A stretch of 64,000 bases of DNA, taken from positions 64,001 through 128,000 of IMG/VR virus record IMGVR_UViG_3300018426_001942; one strand, given 5' to 3'. The notes under the pieces were generated by a model, which worked only from the letters and a program-made list of their open reading frames with translations, was not told where the DNA came from and made no database searches. Origin of the DNA: a virus. A program made the position numbers and the translations under genes. Shown here piece by piece: positions 54,215 to 64,000 of the stretch; positions within the stretch are counted from its first letter, which is position 1, and every line of letters starts with the position of its first letter.

Positions 54215-56290
54215 CTAAGCATTGTCAGCAAATATAATATAGTTTACTGTAGCGAAAGGAGGCATAATATCTAGCTCTAAGCCCAATCCACCACTTCTAT
54301 AATTACCTTGTCCATCTGTACCGCCCTCGTCAATAGGACCACTACTTGGAATACCACTTGTAGTTTGGGCTCCTTGTGCAATATTCAACGGTTGGTTAAT
54401 ACTGTTTTGTTCTGATACTGTATTATCTAGTATCGCATAGTGTTGTGTACCACCTGGTGATTTAAGATCGTGTTCGTGATCTGGTAAGTGTTCTTTTGTA
54501 ATGTCTTTAAATTCACTACCTGACGATTTACCTACTTCGTCAGCATTTGAATTTGTTGTAACATCTGCAGGTACTCCGCCCATACTATCCATACCGAGTA
54601 GGAATCTGCCTCTAAAATCTGGTAGGGCAAAGTGTGTAGTACTCGGATTTTGGAATGTTGGATCTGAAGGACTTTTAAACTTAAATCCAATTACATCAAA
54701 TAAATTGGATGCCTCTGTTTTTTTAATTTCTCTACCGTCACATAAGTACCAACCAGGAGGTGCTACATCACCGCCAAACGGTGCAATCATTCCAATTGGA
54801 TTTTTTGGCACACCTTTTAATAGGTTTGATTGAGAAATTTTAAATAAACCTTGATCACCTTGTGTTCTGTTTATAAGTAACTCATCTCCAGTTTGTGTTG
54901 TTACTACAACTTGTTTAGAAGCAATAAACTGGTTACTAAGTTCCGTAGTAAATGTTTGATTTAATGAGCCTGCACCATCAAAGGTAATTTCATTTGAACT
55001 GACGTCACCTTCCATTTTGAATACAGTTTTATTATTTAATTTTGCTGCACTCGATGCTGTACCAGTAATTGTGCCTGAAACACTACCTTTAAAAAATCCT
55101 TCAAACGTGTCTGCTTTAACAGTGCCGAAACCTTCTATGTTAGGCTTGGTAAGTGCATCAGGATCTGCAACAATATTATTGCCTATATTTGTTTGTCCTT
55201 TTACAGTTAAATCTGCTCCTACTTTAGTATTTTTTGCAATACTAGCACCACCTGAAGTAATTATTGCACCTTCTGTTAATACATCATTAAATGAATTATC
55301 TGCATCTTCAGTGCCTGCTACTTCTAAATTACCTGAAAATTTGCCGCTACCTGTTACATCTAATGGTACTTGAGGATTGGTATTATTAATACCTACATTA
55401 GTATCTGATTTTATCTGTACTACAGTTTGCTCGCCTTGATCATTTTTTACTTTCAATGCAAGACTAGCACCATTAAAATTACTCTTTACAACGCCGCCTT
55501 CGCCTGATGCTTCAAGTGCTAATTGCGCATTTGCACCAACTTGTACACCTTGATTGTTTTTTACATAAAGTGTACCATTTGCGGTTGTGTTAACATCTGC
55601 ACGTAAAAAATTAGAAGAACTAATATCATTGTTACCTATTCTCAATGCATCTGAAGACTGTGCTACTCCGTTATATTTGGCGTTGGTACCTGCTAAAGTT
55701 AAACTTGTTAAATTCATACCAGGCTTAATTTCTGAAAACCCTCTAATATTAACTTTAGGAATAAATTGGTCTTTTGACAGTATGATTACAGGAACAGCGT
55801 CAATTTCTATTTTTAATACGGTATAAGTTTTATCATCAGTACCTACTATTGTGTCTGGTCTAGTGCCCGATGTTAATCCGTCACTAAATTCAGGACCTAC
55901 TAAAATCCAACTTGCTCCATTGTTTAAATAAAGTTGTTGGTTACTAGTATCTACCCATAAATCTCCAATAACACTATTTCCAACTTCAGGTTGTGCGGCA
56001 CCTTTTTTAACACCGCCTGACTCAACCCAGTTAGTTCCGTCATAAACTTTTAATGTATCAACACCTACTGATGTATCATACCATGTTTGTCCTTCTACTG
56101 GGTTAGAAGGAGGATTATTATTTGCAAAATTTTCTAAAATATGTAGGAAGTTACTTGCTATTGCTTCGCCATACCCAGTTGTATTTCTTCCAGGTATAGC
56201 TAAACTTGTGTCAGAAGTATTAATTTCTCTATCTTCGACAATTATAGCACCTTTGTTTATGCTATCTGTAAACTGGATTTGGTAAGCCAT
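54215..56290 (-). CDS. short tail fibre-like protein with phage tail-collar domain
   Basis: Shared N-terminal module; PIGMIAPFGG..APPGWYLCDG...LFDVIG...FALPDFRGRF collar; HEH; VNYII C-terminus. Confidence 0.85.
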   Translation of the reverse strand: MAYQIQFTDSINKGAIIVEDREINTSDTSLAIPGRNTTGYGEAIASNFLHILENFANNNPPSNPVEGQTWYDTSVGVDTLKVYDGTNWVESGGVKKGAAQPEVGNSVIGDLWVDTSNQQLYLNNGASWILVGPEFSDGLTSGTRPDTIVGTDDKTYTVLKIEIDAVPVIILSKDQFIPKVNIRGFSEIKPGMNLTSLTLAGTNAKYNGVAQSSDALRIGNNDISSSNFLRADVNTTANGTLYVKNNQGVQVGANAQLALEASGEGGVVKSNFNGASLALKVKNDQGEQTVVQIKSDTNVGINNTNPQVPLDVTGSGKFSGNLEVAGTEDADNSFNDVLTEGAIITSGGASIAKNTKVGADLTVKGQTNIGNNIVADPDALTKPNIEGFGTVKADTFEGFFKGSVSGTITGTASSAAKLNNKTVFKMEGDVSSNEITFDGAGSLNQTFTTELSNQFIASKQVVVTTQTGDELLINRTQGDQGLFKISQSNLLKGVPKNPIGMIAPFGGDVAPPGWYLCDGREIKKTEASNLFDVIGFKFKSPSDPTFQNPSTTHFALPDFRGRFLLGMDSMGGVPADVTTNSNADEVGKSSGSEFKDITKEHLPDHEHDLKSPGGTQHYAILDNTVSEQNSINQPLNIAQGAQTTSGIPSSGPIDEGGTDGQGNYRSGGLGLELDIMPPFATVNYIIFADNA

Positions 56291-56910
56291 TAGCTATTTC
56301 CTCCGCTAAGACTTTGTACTCTTACAGTATAATCTACTTGTATAAGTCTGTTTAAACTCTTTTGTACAGGATGAAATATAACATGTGTTAATAGTCTTCC
56401 ATTTCCTAATACTCCGTCTGAACTTGCACTACGTAATCCTAATTCGTCAAATACAAAAGCATTATCAGCATCTGATGCTGTATCAAATGCATCTTGTCCG
56501 TTAGGCTCACCATAATCTAGCAAGCAGGAAATAACTATATCTGTATAGTTTGTACCATTTAAATGTCTTGTTTCAATTCTGTTTCTTGTAGGATCGTTAT
56601 TATCAGTATTTCTATCATCTACAATTTTACTAAATGTTTGGTTATATAGTCCTGCATTAGTTCCTGTACTATTAGGTGTAAGATACGTAATAACACCTGT
56701 ACTATCAATATTAGTACCGCCATTTCCAAAGCTCATAACCGCAATAGGACCTTGTCCAGCATTACCTAAACTTTCTGCAAGAGCAATACTCATGTTCTCA
56801 TAGTGTATAGCATTCTTTTTGTTTACAAAAATTTCGCCTGACTTTGGATCATGTATCTTGATATGACCTTGTACATATACACCGCTATTTTCATTAATTT
56901 TGTTTGTCAT
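56290..56910 (-). CDS. baseplate/structural protein
   Basis: 206 aa in the structural operon; FGNGG, FDELGL, LTHVIFHPVQKS. Confidence 0.7.
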   Translation of the reverse strand: MTNKINENSGVYVQGHIKIHDPKSGEIFVNKKNAIHYENMSIALAESLGNAGQGPIAVMSFGNGGTNIDSTGVITYLTPNSTGTNAGLYNQTFSKIVDDRNTDNNDPTRNRIETRHLNGTNYTDIVISCLLDYGEPNGQDAFDTASDADNAFVFDELGLRSASSDGVLGNGRLLTHVIFHPVQKSLNRLIQVDYTVRVQSLSGGNS

Positions 56911-56928
56911 TTTTTATTCCTACATGTG

Positions 56929-56934
56929 TATTTA
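56929..56934 (-). promoter_or_regulatory. T4-like late promoter core
   Basis: Minus-strand ATAAATA overlapping the upstream stop codon. Confidence 0.55.
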
Positions 56935-59900
56935 TTCGGGTAATTCACTTATTGCTCCGCGCAAGAAATTACCAATGTCATTTTGAACATCTTTAAGTGG
57001 AGTTCCTGGGTCAGTCCACAATTTACCTACTTTCCTAATAACAATTAGCTTCTGATTTTCTTTCATAGGTTCAGTAAGTGTTAAAATATTACCGTTTACA
57101 CTAAACTCTGCTGGTGTATTTACGTCACCTTGTGGCGAATCAATAGCCAATGTTGGATCAAACTTTTGTATAGCATTTTTGTTTAATCGTTTGCCAGCGG
57201 CAAACACTTCAAATTCATTAACGCTTCCAGGTACAAAGTCAAGTGTAAATTCAGTTTGTCCTTCAGTTACAGGGTCTACTGGTGACCAAACAATAGTTTC
57301 GTCTTTGTAAGGGATATTTTTATCTATAGAGCCACCGTAAATTTTAGTTCCTACTGGATAAACTGGCTTTGCTCCTGTCCCTAAAGTTCCCCTTCTTAGT
57401 TGTCTAAGTTCGTTATTAGTTTTAGCAAAATATTCTATACGTTCGCCGTCAATCCATATTACGCCTGGCCTGTTAGCACGTTTGTCTGGGTTAGGTAAAA
57501 GCTCTGCGTTTTCTACTATAACTACTTTTAAGTCATCATATTTTAGATCTTGTGCTAATTCTATTCCTTGATTATTATCAACCCTCTTATAGTGTGTTCT
57601 ATTCAATATGTCCTTGAATTGCTTCCATGCTATAGTCGGTGTACTAATAGGTGCTGTAAAATGTATTACATCAACAACATCATTTTCACTTGGTTCGTTT
57701 ACAAGATGTATTATTCTTCCGTTTGGATCTAGTTTATAATCAACTGTAGGTGTAAGCATATTACCATTCAACATAACCCAAACATATTCTACGCCTAATG
57801 CAGGTTGTTGTAATAAAATTCTTCCTGCTGTTAGAGCATGATATTTAGAATAATTTTCAGATCCAGGTGTAAGAGTACTTCTATTAATAACATCATAACT
57901 TATTCTATGAATATCCAAAACGTCATGATTTGTAAATGTATACACATTCATTACAGCGTCTTCAGCTGGGGCTGTTTCAAATACAACTTGATCACCAATT
58001 ATATTGTATCCGCTGTTCCTTAAATATATGCTTAAAACATCTCCGTTACTTACTAGATTATTTTCTAATATAATTGAACTTGTACCAATGTTAATTAGGT
58101 AGTCTTCAACTTGGGTAAGTTTAGATCCGTTTAAGTAAACTTCTAACTGAGCTGCAACAATACTCGAAGGTGGTACTTGGAATGTGTCTAGAGTATACTC
58201 ACGAATTCTATCATTTGTGATTGTTAATACTTTAGAATAACCTGGCTTTTGTATAACTCCATCAATTTCTACAATACTAAAGAACTCTGCTGGTGTTGCA
58301 TACTGAGATGCAATAGAAAGATTATAAACTGTACTCGAGCCGTCAGCAACTATAGAATCTTTATTAACTTTACTGTAATTAATTTGTGTATTATTAGAAT
58401 ATATTTCATAATCAAGTCTTGTACCAGCTACTGGTGCAATTGGTGAAAACTTAAATTCTATAAATCCGTTGTCACTTTTTCTTGCAATTAACTCTGGACC
58501 GTCTGGTATAATACCATCTCGTCTTAAAAAGATACTGTATCTATCATTCCACATAATTTGTGTTTCGTAAATATCTTTACCATCTTCTGTAAGAATAGTT
58601 CCTATATCGATAATATTTTGCCCGTTAACTCCTATAGTTAATATAGTCAATATTTGATCTTGAGCCAGCGCATTGTTAAATGTTATTTTTAAATTTTTAT
58701 AATCTACAGTATATTCTGATTTATCAACTATTGTATTACCTAATTTTACAATAACAGCATCTTCAGAATTAGGAAGTAAACCTAAAGGATATTCTGTAGT
58801 ACTTCCGTCTGTTAGATAATTTTGATTATAAACTTGACCTTGACCTTCACCTGTTCTTTCATAAACAGTAATATCAACACTATCTAAAACCTGTCCTGCT
58901 ACTAATTCTTCAGGACCTTGGCTAGTAAGCGGAGTAACAAATAGATCACCGTCTAGTATTATGTCATCTGCATTTACGCCAGCAGCATTTCCATAATCTA
59001 TAGTGCCTCCATCTAATTGTGTATCATATGAATCAGGATCAGGTAAGAAACTACCATCTGATGTAATCTTTCTTATAGTAAACACATCACCGTCATTTAA
59101 TTCAATGTCGTTATCTGCTAAATTAATAATTGTAGTAACACCGTCGCCTGTTATTGTTTGTATTAGTGCATTTTGATTGTTACCATTTGGATATAACGGA
59201 TCGTCAATTCTAATTGCTTGCGCTTGGCCAGCACGTTTTAAATAGACATTGTATACTATTTCATCTTCAAGTGGCTTAGATAACTCTACAGCAACAGTTG
59301 TACCATCAGCAATGAATACTTCATCTTCAAAAGTATTATCATAACTATCCCAAGTATCTGTACCATAATCGTCTACCATCCAACCTGATGTGCCTTCGAA
59401 ACCAAAACTTTTAACTTCAACGCCGCCGTAGTCAACACCTGTCATAAGCTGGCCTAAATTTTTGCCAAGCATTCCAGTAGTTGGACTATAAAGTTGATTA
59501 ATTCTATCTTGTGCATTAAGCATCAAAGGATTCTTTTCATATTCAACTACAATAATGCTGTTTAATTCAGGTGCTGTTGTGAATTGAATTTGACCAAACT
59601 GTCTATTGTATGTGTAAGTTTTATCTTCTATATTTGAAAAAGTATATTGACTACGTAATAGTAATTCACCGTTGACAGTAACCTTAACTTTATTTCTCTT
59701 TAAGTTCATAGGATACTTTAGTTGGAAAGTATCATTGATTGCTGTTCCTGTAAATGTTTCTGTTTCTGGCAATGACAGTATAAAGTACTCGCCTGAAACT
59801 CTATCAAATTTCATTTGAACATTTAGTGTTCTAACAACAGTTTCACCAATTTGTGCAGACGCAACGGCTGTTGTAGAATCATCTGCACCCGAACCTGATA

Positions 59901-62900
59901 TTGTTACAGTTGGTGCGCTTAAATATCCAGATCCTGGATTAGTTACTATAATTTTAACTACTTTTCCGGCGCCTAAATACGCTCTTGCTGTAGCGCCGGT
60001 TCCGCCGCCGCCGGTAATTGTAACAGTTGGAGGAAATGTATATTTGCTACCTCCATCATAAATGTTAATACCTACAACTTTAAATCCATTATTATCTTTC
60101 CAATTTTTTGCAGGATACTCGTCAAAGAATGCATCAACACCGATAATTTCATTATCAATAACTTTAACAGGTTTTGTCTTAATTGCATTTTCACTAAAGT
60201 CATAGAATGGTGGTAAATCAAAATCTGCTGTAACTGTATTAGTATTTTCTAACTTATCATAAGAGCTTACATATTCTCTAATATTAGTTTTGTAAGGTTT
60301 AACTTCTCTAATATAATCATTGTAACTACTTAAATTATCATTTTGATAATTAATTTTTTCAGTTAAGCCGCCAACATTATGTTTTGCTTTAACAAAACTA
60401 GTTTTGTAAACCCAGTCAACATTTTGCTGTTCAGATAGTACATATCTTATACTTGCAAAGAATAGTTCTTGCCATTTAATTTTTAAGTCATCAACAAAAA
60501 TGTCATTCTTCAAAGCTTCTAATATTTTTCTTGCTTCTGTAACAGGCTCTGTATCAAAGAATCTATTATCAAAACCTAATAAATCATAACCAACTGTATT
60601 TTCTACAACATCGTAAAGTTTGCTACTGATTTCTATAGTGCCGTTTTGTCTACCTATAGTTTCATAATCAATTGTATAATCAGCACTGTTAGTATTCTTA
60701 ATACGTTTAAGTAAGAGCCAACCGCCTGTTCCGATATTTGCAATTTTAACAATTTGTCCGATTTTTGCGTTTGCCGATAAAAGCTGATAACTTTCATCAA
60801 CACGATGATCAATTCTAGTAAACTGATTAGTGTTAGGTGCATACCAATCAATATATTTCCAATATGCTGTTGTATCAAAACTTGAAGACAATTTTCTGTC
60901 CCATAAGCCCGAAGTTGCATTCCAACTGTAAATAGCCCACTTATTATCAACAGTAATGTCATTTTCTACATAGATTGATACAGGTCTAACGGTAATAACA
61001 GTGTTTTCATCGTACCCTGTGCCGCCATTAATTATGTTTACTTTGTTAATTTGTCCTAGTGGATTAATTTCTAAATTAAAATCTAAACCAGTACCTTTAC
61101 CTACAACAGTAAAACTAGGTCCGTGTCTAACTGTTGAAGTTTCTATATTATAAGTAGGATCTGCATATCCTCTACCTGTATTGATAATTCTGATATCAGT
61201 TACTACGCCGTTATGTACTGACGGTATTAAAGTTGCTTGTGCAATTTTGTTTGTACCAATAAATTGTACTTCGTCCAAAGTGTCTACTTTGTAATCATAA
61301 AGTCTTTCAGTAACAAATGGAGGTTGATCAACGCTATTTAATGTGTCAAAACTAAAGTCATCAACAATAATAGTTTCTTGCAAGGCAATATTAGCTCTTT
61401 CAATTACTTGCTTAAATGCTTCTTGTCTATTTACAAACCAACTTTGTCTAGGACTATTTAAATTGCCGTATTTGTCTGCAGGACTAAGTTCAGGATCAGG
61501 TACTGTACGACCCCTATCATCATAACCAATTAAACTATCAATCCATTTTCTTTCCAAATCTGCTCTAGGAACACTTGTTTCTAAACCTTCAGTGACCAAT
61601 TGATATTCTAAATGTCTATTTTGCTCTTGTGTATCTTGCGTATAATAACTTACGTGCAGAGCTACTTCTTTATCTTTTATCAAACTTTCACCGTTGTAAA
61701 TAACAAATCTGTTATCACTAAGTAGAGCAACAAACTGATATCCTTGTCCTCTTGGGTCTCCAATTAGTTTTGCAACTTCTGATGCCGGTAAACTTCTATC
61801 TTCTGTTGCGGGTATTGTTAATTTATTTTTTACCCAGAAGTAATATTTTGTATTAAAAGTTTTTGTTGCTGAATTATATGAAAGTTTTTGGCTATATGCA
61901 TCTACACCATACTTAGATTGTCCGCTTATGCCTTGAGCGAAACCTCTAGCTGTATCTGCTAGTGTATCCCACTCATCTGGAGGAATAGAACTTTCTACCC
62001 ACTCATAGACATCAACAGAATAGTTAGGAATTAATTTGCTCCAGTAGTTTGCTTGAGTGGCTACATCTTCTTGATATGCATTAAAGAATTTTGCGGTTGA
62101 TAAATCCCACCACAATTTGCCCACATACTTTTCTTCCCAGTTGTCAGTTTCACTAAAGAAGTTTGGCAAACTTGTGACATTATATCTAGCTAAATCAATA
62201 TTAGATTTAAATGTTAATTCTTGTTCAGCAGGTCCTGCTATCTTACCTTGCACAGGATCGATGTAATCAATGTATGATACTAATTTATCTGTAACAGTAT
62301 TGTACAAGTAAACTGACTTAATTGCATTAACGTCTACAACATTGTTTGGTGTTCTAATAGTTGTCCAGGGTTTTTGATCAGCAGCAACCTTATAATCAAC
62401 CCAACTACCAGGATTGATTCCTACTTCGTCTACATTAGGATCTCCAGGTATACCAACATATATGTGGTTTTTATTTGCTAACACTTGGTCGCCAAACCTA
62501 CCTGCTTGTAATACTGTAGAATCACCGCCGTAGTCTAATTCTTCTCCAAGAATATATGCGTCTTTTATAAACTGATAAAGTCTTACACTTCCGCTGTCTA
62601 TTTTCTTATCCGGGAATGTTGTAAATGTTTCATCAAAGGATGTTTCGCCGCTATCAAAGGTTGTATTGGTTATTATATCTCCGGCGCCGCTACTTACAGC
62701 AATCAAGTCATTTGTTGCGGTAACTTTAATACCAAATCTTTCAGCAGGTGTTTTCGTACCTGACAATGTTTGGTGTAATTCATACTGTAATCCGTCTTTA
62801 GCATAAACGTAAACTTTACCTGCATGATATGCATCTTCACTGTTTTCAGGATCTCCAATAACAATAATGTTTCCATTTTCAGATATATCTAAACTACTAC

Positions 62901-63999
62901 CCCAACCAGTATTAGAAACTGGTGCAACAATAGTTTGACTTAAAACATATCTGTCATCTAGTATTCTATAAATTAAAACTTTGTTATCTTGGTCAACTGA
63001 TTCATCTGTAATAATACTCGTTACAAGAATTTGTCCATTTTCGCTAACTTTAACTTGCTTTGAAAAATCAATGACTTGCTCGTTTAAATCGTCAAACACA
63101 GGATCATTGTAAATATTAACATCATTTGGAAGTGTTGGTAGATAATTTACTTGGTTGCCTAATATTTCCCATTTTAATAAATTTGTAGGAATAACATTTT
63201 TGTTAAAAGTCAATGCACTATACAACTGATTATCATATAATACAATTTCTCCAGTTTTGTAAATTGCATCCGGAGTGTATGGTCCTCTATAATGAGGATT
63301 TATGTCAAGAGCAAATCTATATGTTTTTCCGTATTTGTCAGTACCGTGTTTAATTACGGTAAGATTTTCTTTAGACCCTACATAGAATCTATATAAATCT
63401 CCATCTTGGCTTACAGCAACTTGTTTACCTACATTGCTACCTGTTGAACTTCCAGGAATAGTATATGTTCCTTGATTTGTCCAAACGCTTCCTACACTAC
63501 TAAAGATACTATAAACACCTTGATTAGTAGGTTTGCTATCTGTTGATCCTGATGTATCTACAGGAAGATTGTAAACAAGTCTCCAGTCACTATTAGATGT
63601 GCTAGGTATGCTTGCTTGGGCTTCTGCTCCTGCTTCTGTTAAATTTTCTTTGTATATCCAAAACTCTTTGTTTACATATGCAAAAGTATTTAGATCAGCA
63701 AACTGTTCCAATCCACCATATGATTCAGGATGTGCAGGAAACGGTGTTCCCCTTTCCATTACAGCAATTTTTCCTGTATTTGATCCTGTTAAAGAAATTT
63801 TATTAATAGGTCCCATAATACGCAAGTTTGCTTGCGGTGGATTTCCTTCTTGTGTTTCTAATAGCAATCTATTACCTTGTGTAAAGTTTCCTGTAACTTC
63901 TTTAAGATATACTCTACCTTGGTTAATATTACGTCTTATATAATATGCTACTCGACCTCTTGCACCGGTGATCTCATCTCTAATAAAATCACCATCAGC
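56932..63999 (-). CDS. very large baseplate wedge-like structural protein (5' end outside the window)
   Basis: Frame stays open from 63999 (ADGDFIRDE...), >2350 aa; FG-GAP-like propeller segment, GxGY repeats, EVKPYKT motif, repeated V.VNG beta modules. Confidence 0.8.
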   Translation of the reverse strand, partial: ADGDFIRDEITGARGRVAYYIRRNINQGRVYLKEVTGNFTQGNRLLLETQEGNPPQANLRIMGPINKISLTGSNTGKIAVMERGTPFPAHPESYGGLEQFADLNTFAYVNKEFWIYKENLTEAGAEAQASIPSTSNSDWRLVYNLPVDTSGSTDSKPTNQGVYSIFSSVGSVWTNQGTYTIPGSSTGSNVGKQVAVSQDGDLYRFYVGSKENLTVIKHGTDKYGKTYRFALDINPHYRGPYTPDAIYKTGEIVLYDNQLYSALTFNKNVIPTNLLKWEILGNQVNYLPTLPNDVNIYNDPVFDDLNEQVIDFSKQVKVSENGQILVTSIITDESVDQDNKVLIYRILDDRYVLSQTIVAPVSNTGWGSSLDISENGNIIVIGDPENSEDAYHAGKVYVYAKDGLQYELHQTLSGTKTPAERFGIKVTATNDLIAVSSGAGDIITNTTFDSGETSFDETFTTFPDKKIDSGSVRLYQFIKDAYILGEELDYGGDSTVLQAGRFGDQVLANKNHIYVGIPGDPNVDEVGINPGSWVDYKVAADQKPWTTIRTPNNVVDVNAIKSVYLYNTVTDKLVSYIDYIDPVQGKIAGPAEQELTFKSNIDLARYNVTSLPNFFSETDNWEEKYVGKLWWDLSTAKFFNAYQEDVATQANYWSKLIPNYSVDVYEWVESSIPPDEWDTLADTARGFAQGISGQSKYGVDAYSQKLSYNSATKTFNTKYYFWVKNKLTIPATEDRSLPASEVAKLIGDPRGQGYQFVALLSDNRFVIYNGESLIKDKEVALHVSYYTQDTQEQNRHLEYQLVTEGLETSVPRADLERKWIDSLIGYDDRGRTVPDPELSPADKYGNLNSPRQSWFVNRQEAFKQVIERANIALQETIIVDDFSFDTLNSVDQPPFVTERLYDYKVDTLDEVQFIGTNKIAQATLIPSVHNGVVTDIRIINTGRGYADPTYNIETSTVRHGPSFTVVGKGTGLDFNLEINPLGQINKVNIINGGTGYDENTVITVRPVSIYVENDITVDNKWAIYSWNATSGLWDRKLSSSFDTTAYWKYIDWYAPNTNQFTRIDHRVDESYQLLSANAKIGQIVKIANIGTGGWLLLKRIKNTNSADYTIDYETIGRQNGTIEISSKLYDVVENTVGYDLLGFDNRFFDTEPVTEARKILEALKNDIFVDDLKIKWQELFFASIRYVLSEQQNVDWVYKTSFVKAKHNVGGLTEKINYQNDNLSSYNDYIREVKPYKTNIREYVSSYDKLENTNTVTADFDLPPFYDFSENAIKTKPVKVIDNEIIGVDAFFDEYPAKNWKDNNGFKVVGINIYDGGSKYTFPPTVTITGGGGTGATARAYLGAGKVVKIIVTNPGSGYLSAPTVTISGSGADDSTTAVASAQIGETVVRTLNVQMKFDRVSGEYFILSLPETETFTGTAINDTFQLKYPMNLKRNKVKVTVNGELLLRSQYTFSNIEDKTYTYNRQFGQIQFTTAPELNSIIVVEYEKNPLMLNAQDRINQLYSPTTGMLGKNLGQLMTGVDYGGVEVKSFGFEGTSGWMVDDYGTDTWDSYDNTFEDEVFIADGTTVAVELSKPLEDEIVYNVYLKRAGQAQAIRIDDPLYPNGNNQNALIQTITGDGVTTIINLADNDIELNDGDVFTIRKITSDGSFLPDPDSYDTQLDGGTIDYGNAAGVNADDIILDGDLFVTPLTSQGPEELVAGQVLDSVDITVYERTGEGQGQVYNQNYLTDGSTTEYPLGLLPNSEDAVIVKLGNTIVDKSEYTVDYKNLKITFNNALAQDQILTILTIGVNGQNIIDIGTILTEDGKDIYETQIMWNDRYSIFLRRDGIIPDGPELIARKSDNGFIEFKFSPIAPVAGTRLDYEIYSNNTQINYSKVNKDSIVADGSSTVYNLSIASQYATPAEFFSIVEIDGVIQKPGYSKVLTITNDRIREYTLDTFQVPPSSIVAAQLEVYLNGSKLTQVEDYLINIGTSSIILENNLVSNGDVLSIYLRNSGYNIIGDQVVFETAPAEDAVMNVYTFTNHDVLDIHRISYDVINRSTLTPGSENYSKYHALTAGRILLQQPALGVEYVWVMLNGNMLTPTVDYKLDPNGRIIHLVNEPSENDVVDVIHFTAPISTPTIAWKQFKDILNRTHYKRVDNNQGIELAQDLKYDDLKVVIVENAELLPNPDKRANRPGVIWIDGERIEYFAKTNNELRQLRRGTLGTGAKPVYPVGTKIYGGSIDKNIPYKDETIVWSPVDPVTEGQTEFTLDFVPGSVNEFEVFAAGKRLNKNAIQKFDPTLAIDSPQGDVNTPAEFSVNGNILTLTEPMKENQKLIVIRKVGKLWTDPGTPLKDVQNDIGNFLRGAISELPE

Positions 64000-64000
64000 T

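Noticed and set aside
56932-63867. Start codon at 63867 for the giant structural gene
   Set aside because: The frame remains open to the window edge, so the true start lies outside the window
46641-63943. Many 60-120 aa plus-strand ORFs opposite the structural genes (similar shadows elsewhere, e.g. 19655-20125, 14122-14478)
   Set aside because: Antisense shadows of long genes with biased codon usage; no SD, promoter or recognisable motifs
1-64000. tRNA, rRNA, CRISPR array, IS element, intron or intein
   Set aside because: Intergenic gaps are under ~105 nt with no cloverleaf or repeat-spacer pattern, and no transposase, homing endonuclease or intein motifs were recognised by eye

Overview
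This is a 64-kb slice of an AT-rich, densely packed, large T4-like (myovirus-type) bacteriophage genome. It has sigma70-type early promoters (TTGACA-N17-TATAAT), T4-type late promoters (TAAATA/TATAAATA) and GGAG Shine-Dalgarno sites. It divides into four regions. (1) 1-8 kb, + strand: a 7-deazaguanine DNA-modification neighbourhood (a QueD paralogue with an LxxxHRHxF motif, DpdL-like; GT-B glycosyltransferase; cupins; purine PRTase; HIT hydrolase; folE; queE), followed by an MBD4-like glycosylase and a 5'-3' exonuclease/RNase H. (2) 8-13.4 kb: small hypotheticals plus a MoxR-type AAA+ ATPase and an HExxH-peptidase/VWA partner. (3) 14.6-45.8 kb: a ~31-kb tailoring-enzyme locus resembling a biosynthetic gene cluster. 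It holds 7 AspH-like Fe(II)/2OG oxygenase genes (8 domains), 6 radical SAM enzymes with auxiliary Cys clusters, a flavin-dependent halogenase, a minimal adenylating enzyme, SGNH- and GNAT-like proteins, a kinase, a CX5R phosphatase, 2 beta-propellers, 2 methyltransferases, 2 nucleotide-sugar enzymes and ~7 glycosyltransferases. It sits between fibre genes. (4) 46.3-64 kb, - strand: tail-fibre and baseplate structural genes, the last running off the window. The best candidate for an undescribed system is region 3, read as a phage-encoded virion-fibre glycosylation/hydroxylation/halogenation machine. Second is the deazaguanine cluster with its PRTase, glycosyltransferase and MBD4-like partners. 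All functional calls are from motif recognition by eye; no searches were run.
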